From Proteromonas lacertae (taxonomy: Eukaryota), in NCBI GenBank assembly GCA_002245135.1, contig NGBS01000301.1:124001-184425 (forward strand): a stretch of DNA of 60,425 nt. The letters run 5' to 3'. Under the pieces are notes generated by a model that was not told the origin of the DNA, made no database searches, and worked only from the letters and a program-made list of their open reading frames with translations. Below are positions 26,970 to 42,039 of this stretch, in pieces. The stretch's first letter is position 1. Each line of letters opens with the position of its first letter. Both the position numbers and the translations under genes were made by a program.

Positions 26970-27100
26970 TTTAGTTTTTTATAATCGTTTTTGGTATAAT
27001 TAAGTTAATAATTTATTATATGCTATTTTATTGTAATATATGTTTTTGCTTGGAATATATAATATAATCATTTAAATAATATATTAATATTCTAATTCAT

Positions 27101-29017
<1,917 letters not shown>

Positions 29018-29451
29018 GTTAAAAAAAGAAAAATGATAAATTGAAAGCCAGAAAACAGAATTTTCTAAACCGTATACTTTGTTCTTTTATAGTTTTCGTT
29101 GAAGAAATGAGTTTATGAATAATTCATTAGTTTCAATTATGCTATTAAATCACGTTATTCAAGTATTTTTTCTGAAATGCTGCTAATTAACTAGATCAAT
29201 AATTAAAGAAGGTTAAGTCATAGTATAAACAGATATTGATCTTTTAGAGTAATTTTATTCAATTTCAAACATAAAAATACATACTTTCTAAAAACAAAAT
29301 TTTGTTGTAAATTCACTCACCATTTGTGTTTGAAATAACATGATATAATTTTATGAACTTCTTCGGCAGTAATATCAACTTTTCATGTGAATGACTTTCC
29401 AAAACATCTTTTAACAATAACTTTAAAAAACAAACTCATTTTTTGAATTTT

Positions 29452-29943
29452 ATGTCTGAATCTTCAAAGCCAATAGCAATAAAAAGGAAGAGGGATGAAA
29501 TTGTTAGTATTAAAAAATATATATTACATATCCTAGGTGTGGATACCGTTGAAGTTGTGGATTGTGATAGTGATATAGAAGTAGTAGAAGATATAAAAGT
29601 CGTAGATCTTTCTGATGGTATACTCGTTTGTATTATTTTGTATAGAACCAGAATCACCGAGAAGTAAGGCTGCGTATATTTTCGATTTATGCCATTTCTA
29701 GTCGTTTAAATAAACCAATTGTGGATGAATTGGTTGAAGTATTGAAATGTCCTATATGCTTATGTACAATAAACGAAATAACATCAACAGCATGCGGTCA
29801 TTTGTTTTGTCATGACTGTATTAGTTATGTATATCAATATTTATGATAATAATGATGAATAGAGTATATCAAAACTACACACATGTCCTATATGTAAAAC
29901 AATACTAGATTCAGATCAAATCCACAGGATATATTTTTCATGA
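29452..29943 (+). CDS. RNF4/Slx8-like SUMO-targeted RING E3 ligase
   Basis: SIM-like VEVVD, IEVVE, VVDLSD; C3HC4 RING CPICLC..CGHLFCHDCI..CPICK..IHRIYF. Confidence 0.8.
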
Positions 29944-30061
29944 TATTTATTATATTGTGTAATTAGTGATTTTTTTCTATATTTATTTTATATTTGAATT
30001 TAGATGTTTGTTGGATGAACAAAGAAAGAAATCAGAAATTAACATACAAATTACTAAAATA

Positions 30062-30974
30062 TTAGATAGCTTCTTCACAACATATGAAAAAATCAATGAA
30101 TGCATTTTTACCATTTGACAATTGAATCATGTGTTGAACACACAACAATCCAGCTTGATTTATTCGAATATATGATTGTTTTGCAACTGCAACAGCTTTC
30201 ATGCAATGCATCATTGAATTCAATCTATATCTATTCAATATATTTATATAGATAATAATACTTCTGCGTTTGAGATGAATAACTTTCATAATTCAATAGA
30301 TTTTCTCCAATTGTTGATAATTCTACTTCACATTTACCTAATACACCAGCTGTTGAAAATATTATCAGATTATTATCTTTTTGAATATCAATTTGAATGA
30401 AATTTCCTCCTAAATCACCTATTTCGCTGAGAATATCTTTTAATATGTTTGAATTGATAATTAGTTTGTTGATAATAGGTGAACTCATAAAGCTTCGAAG
30501 AAAATCATAATCATCATATAAATCAACAATAGAATGCATTGAACATTCAGTTAAAACTCTATAAATAGATAGACTAGAACAATACCCAGATTCTTCAAGT
30601 AATAAACTCAATATATCATCTCTATATTTCAAATTTACATTTGTAGCTCCCATCCTTTCATTACCAAACATTTTCAAACAATTTAACAAAGCTAGTAAAT
30701 TGATTGAAAATGACAAATCACCTCCATGATAATTTGTAAAGAGATCTGCTACTAAATGTGCATTACCTTGTAGTGACTGGGTTTTATCATGTACAGATAC
30801 ATTTATTTCTTCGTTTGAAACTGTGAAATGAGCTGATTGATCTTTCTCTCCTGATCCTCTAATTAAATCATATCAGAATTATTAATACAATGAACTAAGT
30901 AAATCATAAATCACTTTAGCACTATCTACTTCACATGATAGTGAAAAATCTTGTGACTGGCTTATAGAAGACAT
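30062..30974 (-). CDS. RAD1: 9-1-1 checkpoint clamp subunit Rad1/Rec1
   Basis: PCNA-like fold; C-terminal KAVAVAKQSYIRINQAGLLCVQHMI..FIDFFI. Confidence 0.85.
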
Positions 30975-31002
30975 AATAAATCAAAAAAAATTAAAAATCA
31001 AC

Positions 31003-31014
31003 TTTTCGCGCCAT
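31003..31014. promoter_or_regulatory. E2F-like site TTTTCGCGCCAT ~30 bp upstream of RAD1
   Basis: Matches TTTSSCGC in very AT-rich context; similar sites at 1707-1718 and 41957-41966. Confidence 0.5.
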
Positions 31015-31287
31015 TTCATAATTTAATTTATTAAAAATATTATTGTATCTCAAAAACTATTACATGTACTTTATTTTGTCTTGTAATGATGATATAATAC
31101 ATCAAACTTCAAATAGAAGTAAAATGTTAAAATTCATTATGTCTCTAAACATAATTGTGTATGTTTATCCATTAAATATGATATATTTCTAAGCAAATAT
31201 ATAAATATTGGGTTAATTGTTAAATCTCTTCTGTAACTAGGAAACGACTAAATATTTGAGAAGTTTGATTTTTAAAACAATTTTAAA

Positions 31288-33713
31288 ATGAAGATACAAC
31301 CGGAATTCAAGGTTCCCATCACAAAATTACACAACGTTCAGTTTTCAGAGGATTTGGTTTACTATTCTGATGAATTGTCACCTCCTATAGAGTTACGTGG
31401 AGCTATTTCTCATAGCATTTTATATGCATATGAAGTTAGAAATTATTCTCAACCATTTCTAGCAATATATTTAGAATCAGCAAGAGCGGAGAATGTTGAA
31501 GTTGGTTGGAGCAAAGATTTCTTATTTCTAGTTATTACTAGAGCAGAAGTTTCATATCAGTTTGGTGCATCTTCAAAAGTATTTTTATATTTTTAACTTT
31601 ATTCGATATAGAGTTTAAGAAAGAAATGGTTAAATGCTGTCTTTCAAGCTACACAGGTATTTACAGATTTACCAACAAAGCGAACAGGTTCTGATTTTTC
31701 TTTGAAAGGTTCAATTGAATCATTATTATCAATAAAAGAGTATAATTAACAATAATTTTATTCTTCAATAGTCCCGATGTTGAATTAGAGCAATATAAAA
31801 AGCAATATCAAGAAGAAAAGCACAATAGAGAAGTATTAGAAAAGAAATACGCTTACCAACTCAATCAATTACGAGTATTAGAACATGACAAAGCAGAAAT
31901 TACAACAGAAGTAAAAGAATATCATAAAGAAGTAGGAAAACTAAGAGACCAAATCACCGTACAAGATGCAATGATTAAAACATACGTATTAAATATCCAA
32001 GAGTTAGAGAAGGCAATAATTTCATTGAATAAGAAATTGAAAGTTTTACAAGATGTTACATTGTCTGTAAATACAAATAGAAGATATATTCCCAATATAA
32101 CTATACCATTGAATAAAAGGGCATCTAAGAATTTTGATAGATTACAATTTGATAGTAGTAATAATAATGAGAAAAATAGTAGTACAAATATACCAAAAAG
32201 AAGTCCAGCTCCATTTGTAAGACATAGAAGGAATAATAGTCAAACGACAGTCTCTGATAAATTGAATATATTACAAAATGAAGATAAATATATAAGTATA
32301 TATATATATATATGTTATTATTATTATTATTTAAATTATTCTAATAGAATCAACACATCCATCATTAACTCATGTTTTAATATCACCAGTATGAATAATT
32401 TATATATATATTATGTGTATAGAAAATGGATGATAGTGAAAAATTCAATTTCACTGGAAGTGTCGATGTGGAAGATATTGTTGATGGTAGTAATAGTAAT
32501 GTAATGAGAAGTGGATCAGCTCAGCCAATCAGATCATCTGATTTATGCGACAATGACGTCATTGATTTAAGACCAAGATCATTATCAGATGAAACAACAG
32601 ACAGATCTCCACAGATTGATGAAATAACGAGTGATTGTAGAATTAATCAGAATATAATCTATTTATTATTTGCATTTGATTCACATTTAATTAGACATAT
32701 TTATACTGTTTTATCAACACAAGATAAGACTAAATTTATACATATTCTTATTAAGATCTCAATATCCAGAGATTTATTTTATCCATTAATTAATTATTGT
32801 TTAAATGATAGTATTGCTGTATTAAAAGATTATCGAACATTCTTAAGAAGGTATATATAATAATTATATATTTGTATAGTGATTCGATGTTTCATAAAGT
32901 TTGGTCTTCCTATTCAAGAACAGTTGGTAAAGAATATTTAAATAGTGTTGTTGCTCCAATATTGATTGATATTTGTTGTGATACAAATTCAGATATTTCA
33001 AGAATAGTCGATGGATTAAGAACAGATACTAAATCAATAGATCCTTCAATATTCTCCAAAGAAGCAATTGTGGTATATTTATTATTTATTTATTACTCTT
33101 TTTTTATAGTTTGTTAATCATTTAGTAAGTATAATAATAAAGAAGATAATGGTTAGAAGAAATCAAATACCAAGAGGTTTATTGTATATTATTTCACTCA
33201 CTGTTAAACAACTATCAATAACATATCAACTAGAAGATAAAGACTTGTTATTATTAGGTAGTTCGTATAAAATATATTTATATATTATTATATTTGAATA
33301 GTTTTTTCTTTTTAAATTTTCTTTGTCCAGTTTTAATTGCACCTTATCCATCATTATTAACAAACAAACCAGATTCATTTCAACAGAAAGTGCTTGTTCA
33401 TATTGTCAAAATAATACAAAAATTATCATTCTTAACACATTTTACTGAAGCTGATGGTAATTATATTGTAAGTAATTCAACAATTGATCAATTAACTTCA
33501 GAAATGTCTTCATTCTTATATTATATTATTACTGTTCCTTATGCAACATCTGTTGATAGTTATACTGTAAATACTTATAATGAAGATCAATCTCCATTAA
33601 CTACAGATTTGTATTTCTTGAAAAATGTAATAATTAATTATTTCCCAAAATATAGTCATTCTTTAGATTCGAGTTATCTATCAACTTTAAAACAGATGTT
33701 GCCTTTTAAATAG
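31288..33713 (+). CDS. PH-like + coiled-coil + RasGAP domain protein
   Basis: LRKKWLNAV (PH end); TFLRRDSMFHK..GKEYL; FFFLNFLCPVLIAP; IVKIIQKLS. Confidence 0.82.
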
Positions 33714-33806
33714 TAATTATTGTTTATATATTTATTTATTGTTTGTTGAGATTAAAAAAACAATATTTAACATTATAATATATGTAATAATAATAAAGAA
33801 AATATA

Positions 33807-36800
33807 TTAAACTACAGAACTGTGTGCTGAACAAGAATTGCCATAAAAACCTGAAAAACAATTACATAATCCTTTCACTGAATCGCATATTCCATTTCCA
33901 CTACAAGGACTTCCTGGTATACTATCCTCATACGAAGGAGTAACTTTAACTGTATCAGAATCAGAATCATTTATATTAGCTGCATTTTTTGTTGTTATGA
34001 ATGAATATTTTTTTGATAATTTTTCAACTTCAGCTTTTGATAATACTTCAATTGGTATTTGTCTTCCTGTTTGATGTTTTGAATAAGTAATTTGAATAAC
34101 TATATTTTTGTCACTTGTTGGAGTTATATCATCTACTCTGTCTATTGATATTGTTCCTGTTGGTAATGATAATAAATGTTTTTCCCATTCATCTCTTTTA
34201 GTATAATCAAACCCTAGTGTATACCATACTTTGCCAAATGGATCTGTATATTTCAAATAAATATTTTTTCCTGTATCTTTTTATCAAATGTAAATGTAAT
34301 AGTTGATTGTGGTTGAGCATCACAATCACTCATCTGACTATAACCAATAGGACATTTTCTCAAACTACAATCATATCCTTCATATTCCTTATCACATACA
34401 CATACTTGTACTTTCTCACCATCACTCTTATTATAATTTCTCTCATAATTCATCTCATAATCATTCATATTCTCAGATTTAACTTTATTAATAGTAATAC
34501 AAACACCATGATTACTACATTCATTTGGACATTGTTTTCTTTGACATGCATTACCTTCATAACCTGGGAAACATTCACATCTACCACTCTCTTTATTACA
34601 ATAACCTTGGTTACTACATACTTGTGCTATTCCTTCTGGTCTATCTACTGTAATAGATGGATCATTAAACATATAACCATATGGACATGTTTTATATTGA
34701 CAATATACACCATTATAACCTTCATTACAATAACATATACCATTCATACATTTACCATTTCCACCACAATTGTTAGGGCAGATTTTTCTTGTACTTATTG
34801 GATTTGGTAATATAAATTCTTCTATTTTTGCAACAGGATCAGTTCTGCCTGTTGGTGAGAATGGAACTCCCCAATTAATCATTGAGTCTTTACTTAAATA
34901 TAATCCTCCACTGGGTGTAACTCCTGGTGCTGTATTGATTGGAATGGTTTTACTATATGGATTGACTGTATATCCATTTGTTATTAATTTCTCTACTGCT
35001 TTATCTGCTTCTTCATAGTTTTCATCATAAGTATCAGCTCCACTTCCATATACTACAACTCCTCCATTTGATGATTGTTGCAAATATCTTACTAATATTT
35101 CAGTCTTATTAAAACCATTTGATCCAACATAATAATATGTTAAATTTCCAAACATATTTTCTTCAGTTCTATTGAGTATAAATGGTGATGAAATATAACC
35201 ATAACATCTATCATAAGTAATATGAGTAATATTTCCAGCTTCACATACTAAGGCAGCTAGTTCAGCTTTATCATGTAAATAAGCACTCTTTACATTCATA
35301 ACACTGTATGAAAATGTGAAATTAAATGTTGCATTATTACTATTATCTCCAATAAAACCAGCATATCTCAAATTAGCATGATCTAAACCATCCATTATAG
35401 TTGATGAATAACATGATTCAACTACAACTTCTTCATTACCATTAACTTTACCAATTAAACCACCAATTATAGCTTGAGTTTTATCAGCTTTTTCATTAGA
35501 AATTGTTAATCCTTTTCTTATCACAGCAAATGTATTATTCATAACAACTGGTAAGTTAGAATCATTATTTAATCTTTCTACAGAAGGTATTCCAGGAATA
35601 TAACTACCTGCTATTCCACCATATACAATAGAATCAGATGTAATTAAAACATTATTTATATCAGAATATGAATTAGTAATATCAGTTGATTCTACTTCAC
35701 CAAATAAAGGTGATACAACAATATCACCACTTCCACTTTCCTGTAATTCTTTTGATGTTGTTTTCTTATCTTGTATATGTAATATATCACCTACTACTCT
35801 TGTATAAAAGACACTACTTTGATATATCTTTCCTGCTATTAAACCATAAGTTTCACCTTCAGAAGATTCGATAGAAATAATTCTTGAATTTTTATTCATA
35901 AATTCTATTCTTACATTGATCAAATGAGAGTTGTTGATGGAATTAGCAAATATTCCATTATAACCATCTGTACAATTCAATATAACATCGCCATATATAT
36001 TGATCTTTACATTTTCCATTGTTGTATTTGTAATATTCTTAAATATACCACATTCTGTTACTGTTAATAAATCAACTTCTTTACCTTCATCTTGTAACAT
36101 TCTACCTCCTCCACTATTACCTTTTGATTTACTTGCATATACATCAATCTCAGTATTAACTATTACAGCATTGTCTACTGAGCTTATAATATTTAATGAA
36201 ACTCCTTCACTTGTTGATTTGGAGGATGTAACAACGATTGATGTTTTTTCTACTGAATTACCTAAAGTACCAGTTAAAGATGGTTTTTCACTCATTTCTC
36301 CCATATCAACACCTAAATATGTTGTTTTCTTTGGAAAATCGAAAGAATTCAACTTAGATTGTGTTGGTTTTGTTTGAATTGAATCAGGTCTTGTTGTAAC
36401 TTCTGGGAAAGTAGGTTCTACATCGGGACTTGATATATTTTTAATAGTATCAATAAAATTGTTGGTTGTATCATTATTTACTGTGATTGGAGGTTGAGTT
36501 ATTGTTTCTTTATCATTTGTATTGGTATTCTGAGAACCTGAATTTTCATCTTTACCAAAATTATCTACAATATCTTTAATATCATCAGGAACTGTAGGTT
36601 TAACAATTGGTGGAGGTGGTGCAGTAGTTTCCTCCACTGTGGTTGTAGATGGAGATGCAGTAACTGATGGTGTAGGATTTACACTAGGTTTCGGAGTAGA
36701 TGTTTTAATTGGCTCATTAGTAGAGTCGTCGTCTCCTGTTACATCACCGTCAAGTATTCGTTGATCAACACCAAATGCAGAAACAGATAAGGCAAAAACT

Positions 36801-36826
36801 AATAGAATGGCTAGAAAAACCTTCAT
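33807..36826 (-). CDS. Secreted protein: Thr/Pro-rich region, GLUG-like beta-rich region, C-terminal mastigoneme (Mas/Sig/Ocm)-type EGF array; apparent -1 frameshift near 34265-34282
   Basis: Signal peptide; GLIAG/GGIAG/IGGLIG repeats; CSNQGYCNKESGRCECFPGYEGNACQR, YTDPFGKVWYT, L..LP, terminal CSGNGICDSVKGLCNCFSGFYGNSCS. Confidence 0.8.
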
Positions 36827-36961
36827 TTGTTGAAACGTACACTTTTTCAATTCTATTTTGCATTTATTTAATTTTTTCAATCTTCAGATCATTTTATAAT
36901 TTTTGTTTTGTTACAGAAGGTTTTTAATATTCATATACTATTGATATTGATAAAAATATTA

Positions 36962-37530
36962 ATGAACATCGGCAATTTTGAACCAAAATTAGAAGAAGAG
37001 TCTAGTATTTTATTTTTATGATATGCAATATAGCTAATATTGAACAAAATAAAATTATATTACAGAATATATCACAATTACTTAAATCAGTAGGTGTAGT
37101 AGATTATAACCCAGAAATTACAGCCACACTTTTGGATATTTTTCATTGTATTATATATCATTTAATAATAGTTTGTACAAACAAAATATTGACAGAATTG
37201 TCTAGTATTGAAGAAAAATATCCATCTATACAAGTACATTCACATAAACTCTCTATTGAAGATGAAAAATATGTTTTTCAGCAAATCTTGAAAAATATGA
37301 GCCCAGCTACAATACAGTCTCTAGTAGAAGAAGGAGAGGTGAAAAATCGTGTTCCATTACCGCCTTGTCCTATAGAGAATAAAGTATTATTGCCACAGAC
37401 ACAAATAGATTATGAAATGCATCCTATTCCTCCTATAAGTCCAGTTTCAGTTGATCAACAATCAAATTCCAATGAATTACCATCTTCTCCTATGTCTACG
37501 TATTCTGCAAGTATTTTCACTCGTTTTTAA
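36962..37530 (+). CDS. TAF9: TAF9-like histone-fold protein
   Basis: ISQLLKSVGVVDYNPEITATLLDIFH; KNRVPLPP..VLLP..DY. Confidence 0.65.
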
Positions 37531-37677
37531 TAAGTATTTAGGATCATATTCAACAAATGCATCTCATAGATAGATTTTTAATTTTTCATTTATCATTTTT
37601 GTAACAAATTTTAAATAATTATAGTATTTATGTTTAAAATCACTATAAATCACAACAATTAGAATATAAAAAAAAAG

Positions 37678-39259
37678 TTAAGAACATAAGGCACTACCTT
37701 TAAATCCAATCTCTGTTGTGTATTTATTTCTCTCTTTTACATCAATATCAGCAGGTTCTACTATCATTTTTATCTCAGCATTAACAGGAATCTTATAATC
37801 TTCAAGTGTTTGGTTGTTATTCTCTTCTAACTCTATTCCGTTGTAAAATAATGTCAATCTTTCTGTAGTAGCATCAACTTGGGCTTGTGAATATAATTTT
37901 AATCTAAAATATGAGATTTTATCAGTCGATTTACAAGTTATTATAAATTCTATAAATATTAATAAAAATAAAATAATATAATACTATTCTCTTTTTCTTT
38001 TCTTCTTCTTTTAGCTGGTGGTTTTTCTACTTTATCATCGTTAGTTCTTGATTTATTCTTTACACTTTTTGTAGTATCTATATTGTCATTACCATCTTTT
38101 TCAATTTCATTCTTCTTATTCTTTTTGTTATCAGATTCATTTGTGGTTTTATCTTCTACATCTTTATCATTATTTTCTTCAATTTCCATTTTTAAACTTT
38201 CATCCTTTTTTTCATTTCCATTATTTTTATTATCATTTTTCTTTTTCTTCTCTTCTTCATCACCATTATCATCAATATCAATAACACTATTCTCTTTCTT
38301 CACTATCGTATGACTAATTTCATTTTCAACCATTGGAACTGTATCAACTTCAACAACAGCAATATTAGTTTTATCATAATGGAATCTATTAAACTCTTTC
38401 TTTGCTTCTTCTTCCTTTTGACATATAACACAAAGCGGTGGAGCCATAACATAATCACCATTCACATGATCTATTGAAACACTACCACCTGTAGAACCAT
38501 AAAACTGAGCTAAAGTATTAAACTCAGAATTTGACAAAAGAATAGTATCTTTGGGACGGCTTTTCTGATTCATTATATATTTTGGATCATAAAATGAACC
38601 TTTGTGAACACAAATATATTTACTTGTATCAACAGGAGGAATTTTCTCTACAGTTGGATCTTGTAATGCTTTTTTCCACAGTATAAACCATTCTTTATCA
38701 ACTAGGAAATAAGGATAAGTTCTTTTCGGTGCTGATCTTTTATCTCTTTGGAACAATTCATTGATTTCTGTTATTTGTAATATCTGTTTTCGTTCTTCTA
38801 AATCATGTTTTTGTTTTTCACTTATTGCATCAATTTCTTCTTTACAGATTGGACAGATTTTTTGTGAGTATTTCGATAAATCAGAATAAATACCTCCTAA
38901 TATATTATAAGCTTCTTCATTTATCTCATTAATTTCACTATCTTGTGGAATAATATCACCATGTTTCTATATAATTAAAAGATTAAAAAAGAGAAATATT
39001 ATATATACACATAAAATTGTTTTCACTGGATGTTTATTTTTCAATTCATTTAATCTCATTTCAATATCTCCATAATTCATGGCAATACAAGCTGGAGATA
39101 AGGATATTAATTCTTTATAAAACACTTCCATATCACTTACCCATACATTAGAAATCATATGATTTCGAGGATATCTTCCTGCCCTTTTTCGTGAAAAATT
39201 GATGAAGTTGGTGAGGTTTGCTGTAACATTCTGTTGATCATTGTGTGCACAAATTAAAC

Positions 39260-39302
<43 letters not shown>

Positions 39303-41919
39303 TATACCTTTTTGAACATTCACTACATTGCTCAACATTTTCTGGAACTTTTATTCCCACTTCATCACATATTAATTTTACAATACTATATGGTAATCTT
39401 TTCATTTCTTTTCTTACTGTATGTGGATGTAAGTATATTATTTCATCTGTTGAATGATTACATTTGTATCTATTGTAATTCAGTGTTTCGATATTAGGAA
39501 ACTATTCAAATATAATTACATATTCATATTTATACACTAACATCATTTATTGGTGAATATTCAACTTCATTTGATTCTGGTTTTTCAAAACTAAATGCTA
39601 TTCAATTGAATATATATATAAGTAATAATATATATACTCAATGGTCTACATATTAATTGTTCTAACCAATCAATTGGTAAATAAATACCTTCAGAATTCC
39701 TATACTTTGGTTCATCTGATTCACTATTACTACAACTACTTTCATCTTTACTTTTATTTTTATTTTTTCTGATGTTATTATTTTTCCTCTTATTGTTTGT
39801 TTTTGGTTTACTTTTATTAGTTGACTTTGTTTTATTCTTTACTGGTGAACTTTTATTTGATTTTTTCTTTTCTGAATTTGATTTTATTTCTATTATTTGA
39901 TTATCTGAATCATCTTCAATTTCCATTGATTCATTCTTCTTTTTACATTTTGATTTTGATCCTTTTTCACTATAGTCATCATCGTCATCATCTTCTTCTT
40001 CATAATCCTCTTCAGAACTGCCATTACTATTATCATCTACTAAACTATTCTTCTTTATTACAGTTTTATCTATTTTATTCACTTTTTTATCTTTCACTTC
40101 TTCTTTAGTTGATTCTTTTTTATCTTCATCATTGTCTTCTACTTCCATTATTTCTACTATATCATCAATTACTTCCTCTTTTGGCTTTTCTTCTTCTTTC
40201 TTTTCTTCATTTTCTACTATTTCTAGTTCTTCTTTATAGTTTTCTACCTCTTTCTTTATTTCTTCTTTCTTTTCCTCCTCTTTTTTAACATCTTTTTTCT
40301 CAGTTTTAACATCTCCCTCTTTATCTTTCTTTTCTTCTTTTTCATAATCCTTACCTTCACTACTTTCTATTTTCACATCTTTCACTTTCTCTTTCTTTAC
40401 AGATTCATCTTCTTTATTTTCTTTGTTTTCATTTTCAAAAACACTCTTAGGAGTTAATCTAATCAATCTTTTAAATATAATATCAGTATATTTATTATTA
40501 ACATCATTAATATCTTTAATCTTCTGTTGAATAACATCAGTTTTAGTTACTTCTTTTTTTGTGTTATTATCCATTTCATTTACATAATTAATCAATTCCT
40601 GTGGAATAACATCTAATTTCTCTTCTAAACCTTCCTTTTTATATACGACAAATTGAACTGTACTACATGAAGGTTGAAATCTTGCTAATTTCTTTTGTTT
40701 TATCACACAAGCTGGAACTTCTATTGATGTTACACTACTATCATCATATCTAAACCATTTATCTATTTAATCAGATATATTATAAGTAATATATACTTTG
40801 TATTTCATTATAAATATCACAAATATAATGACCATTTTGTGCATTATCTCCTATATGGTACACAGCGCAATATAATTTATATTTTATATCAGGAATAATA
40901 GAATTACGTTCATCTCTTAGATTCAAATGTTGTGAATCTAATTCTATGGGTATTTCCATTCCTTGAGTAAGCTTCACTTTATCATTTCTAATCATATCAT
41001 ATCTAATTAATTGTAAATGTAAATAAGATGGAATTGATTTGATTTGACAACTTCGAGTTGCGTTTGTTTTGGCATTACAATTTCCACATAAATATTGACA
41101 ATCACCTTCTAACTTTTCACTTGTTAAATATTCTGAATTATATGATTCATAGAAGGTTTTATATCCTTTAATTGGCAAGTTTAAAAATGTATAAATCTGT
41201 TCTCTGTTTGAAACATTTCCACATTTCTCACAACATGTTGAATAATTGATTGTTCCATAAAATATATCTTTAAATTTGTGTAAAAGACTGCTTAATTCAT
41301 TATGCTATAATAATTATATAGTTATATATATATTATACTTCTTTTATTTCTCTATCTATAAAGTCAAGAATCAATTGATATAATTCTGCTATATCTTGTT
41401 GTGTAGTAAAGTCTATTTTTAGTGACTGGAGTAAATATGTTGGATCAACATACCTTTGAGTTGTTAATTCTAATGAAGAAATCAGCTTCTGAATGTCATA
41501 TAATTCTGGTGATATATTTGATGGAATTTGGTATATTAAATTAGAAAAACTGATATTAGAATGTAAATATTGGAATAAACAATTAAAATAACAAGTTGCT
41601 CCCAGATTGAGAAGACCAGAAGGAATATTGGTCACCCTTGCGCCGCAAGTCATATCGATTAGTTGCTGTTTAATAATTGAATTATATTTTGCAGTTGTTT
41701 TGTCTTTATATAAGCTAATCTCAATCATACAGTTAGGATTGTTATAACACTTTTTCATATTATGCTTTTCTATAGATGTTATTATGATAATCAATATATA
41801 CCAATAGTATAGCATGGCACCATAGTCTCACCAAAAGGATCATCACAAGTGCAGCTAGCAGCTACTGTTGCCTTTTTAGCTCCTTTTTTCTATGAATATA
41901 AAGTTATGCAATATACCAT
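37678..41919 (-). CDS. USP48: Deubiquitinase, USP48/UBP26-like
   Basis: CYNNPNC; GLLNLGATCYFNC Cys box; QQDIAE; HIGDNAQNGHY His box; DUSP-like C-H-G segments; UBL; terminal GFKGSAL. Confidence 0.88.
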
Positions 41920-42039
41920 TATTACTTTTACACACTAGCTGTTATAAACTAGAATTATGGCGCGAATGTGTTCCAAAATATTTGATCGTTACACATTTTT
42001 TAATTTCATTTTTGACACTCAATAAAATATAATTAGTTA

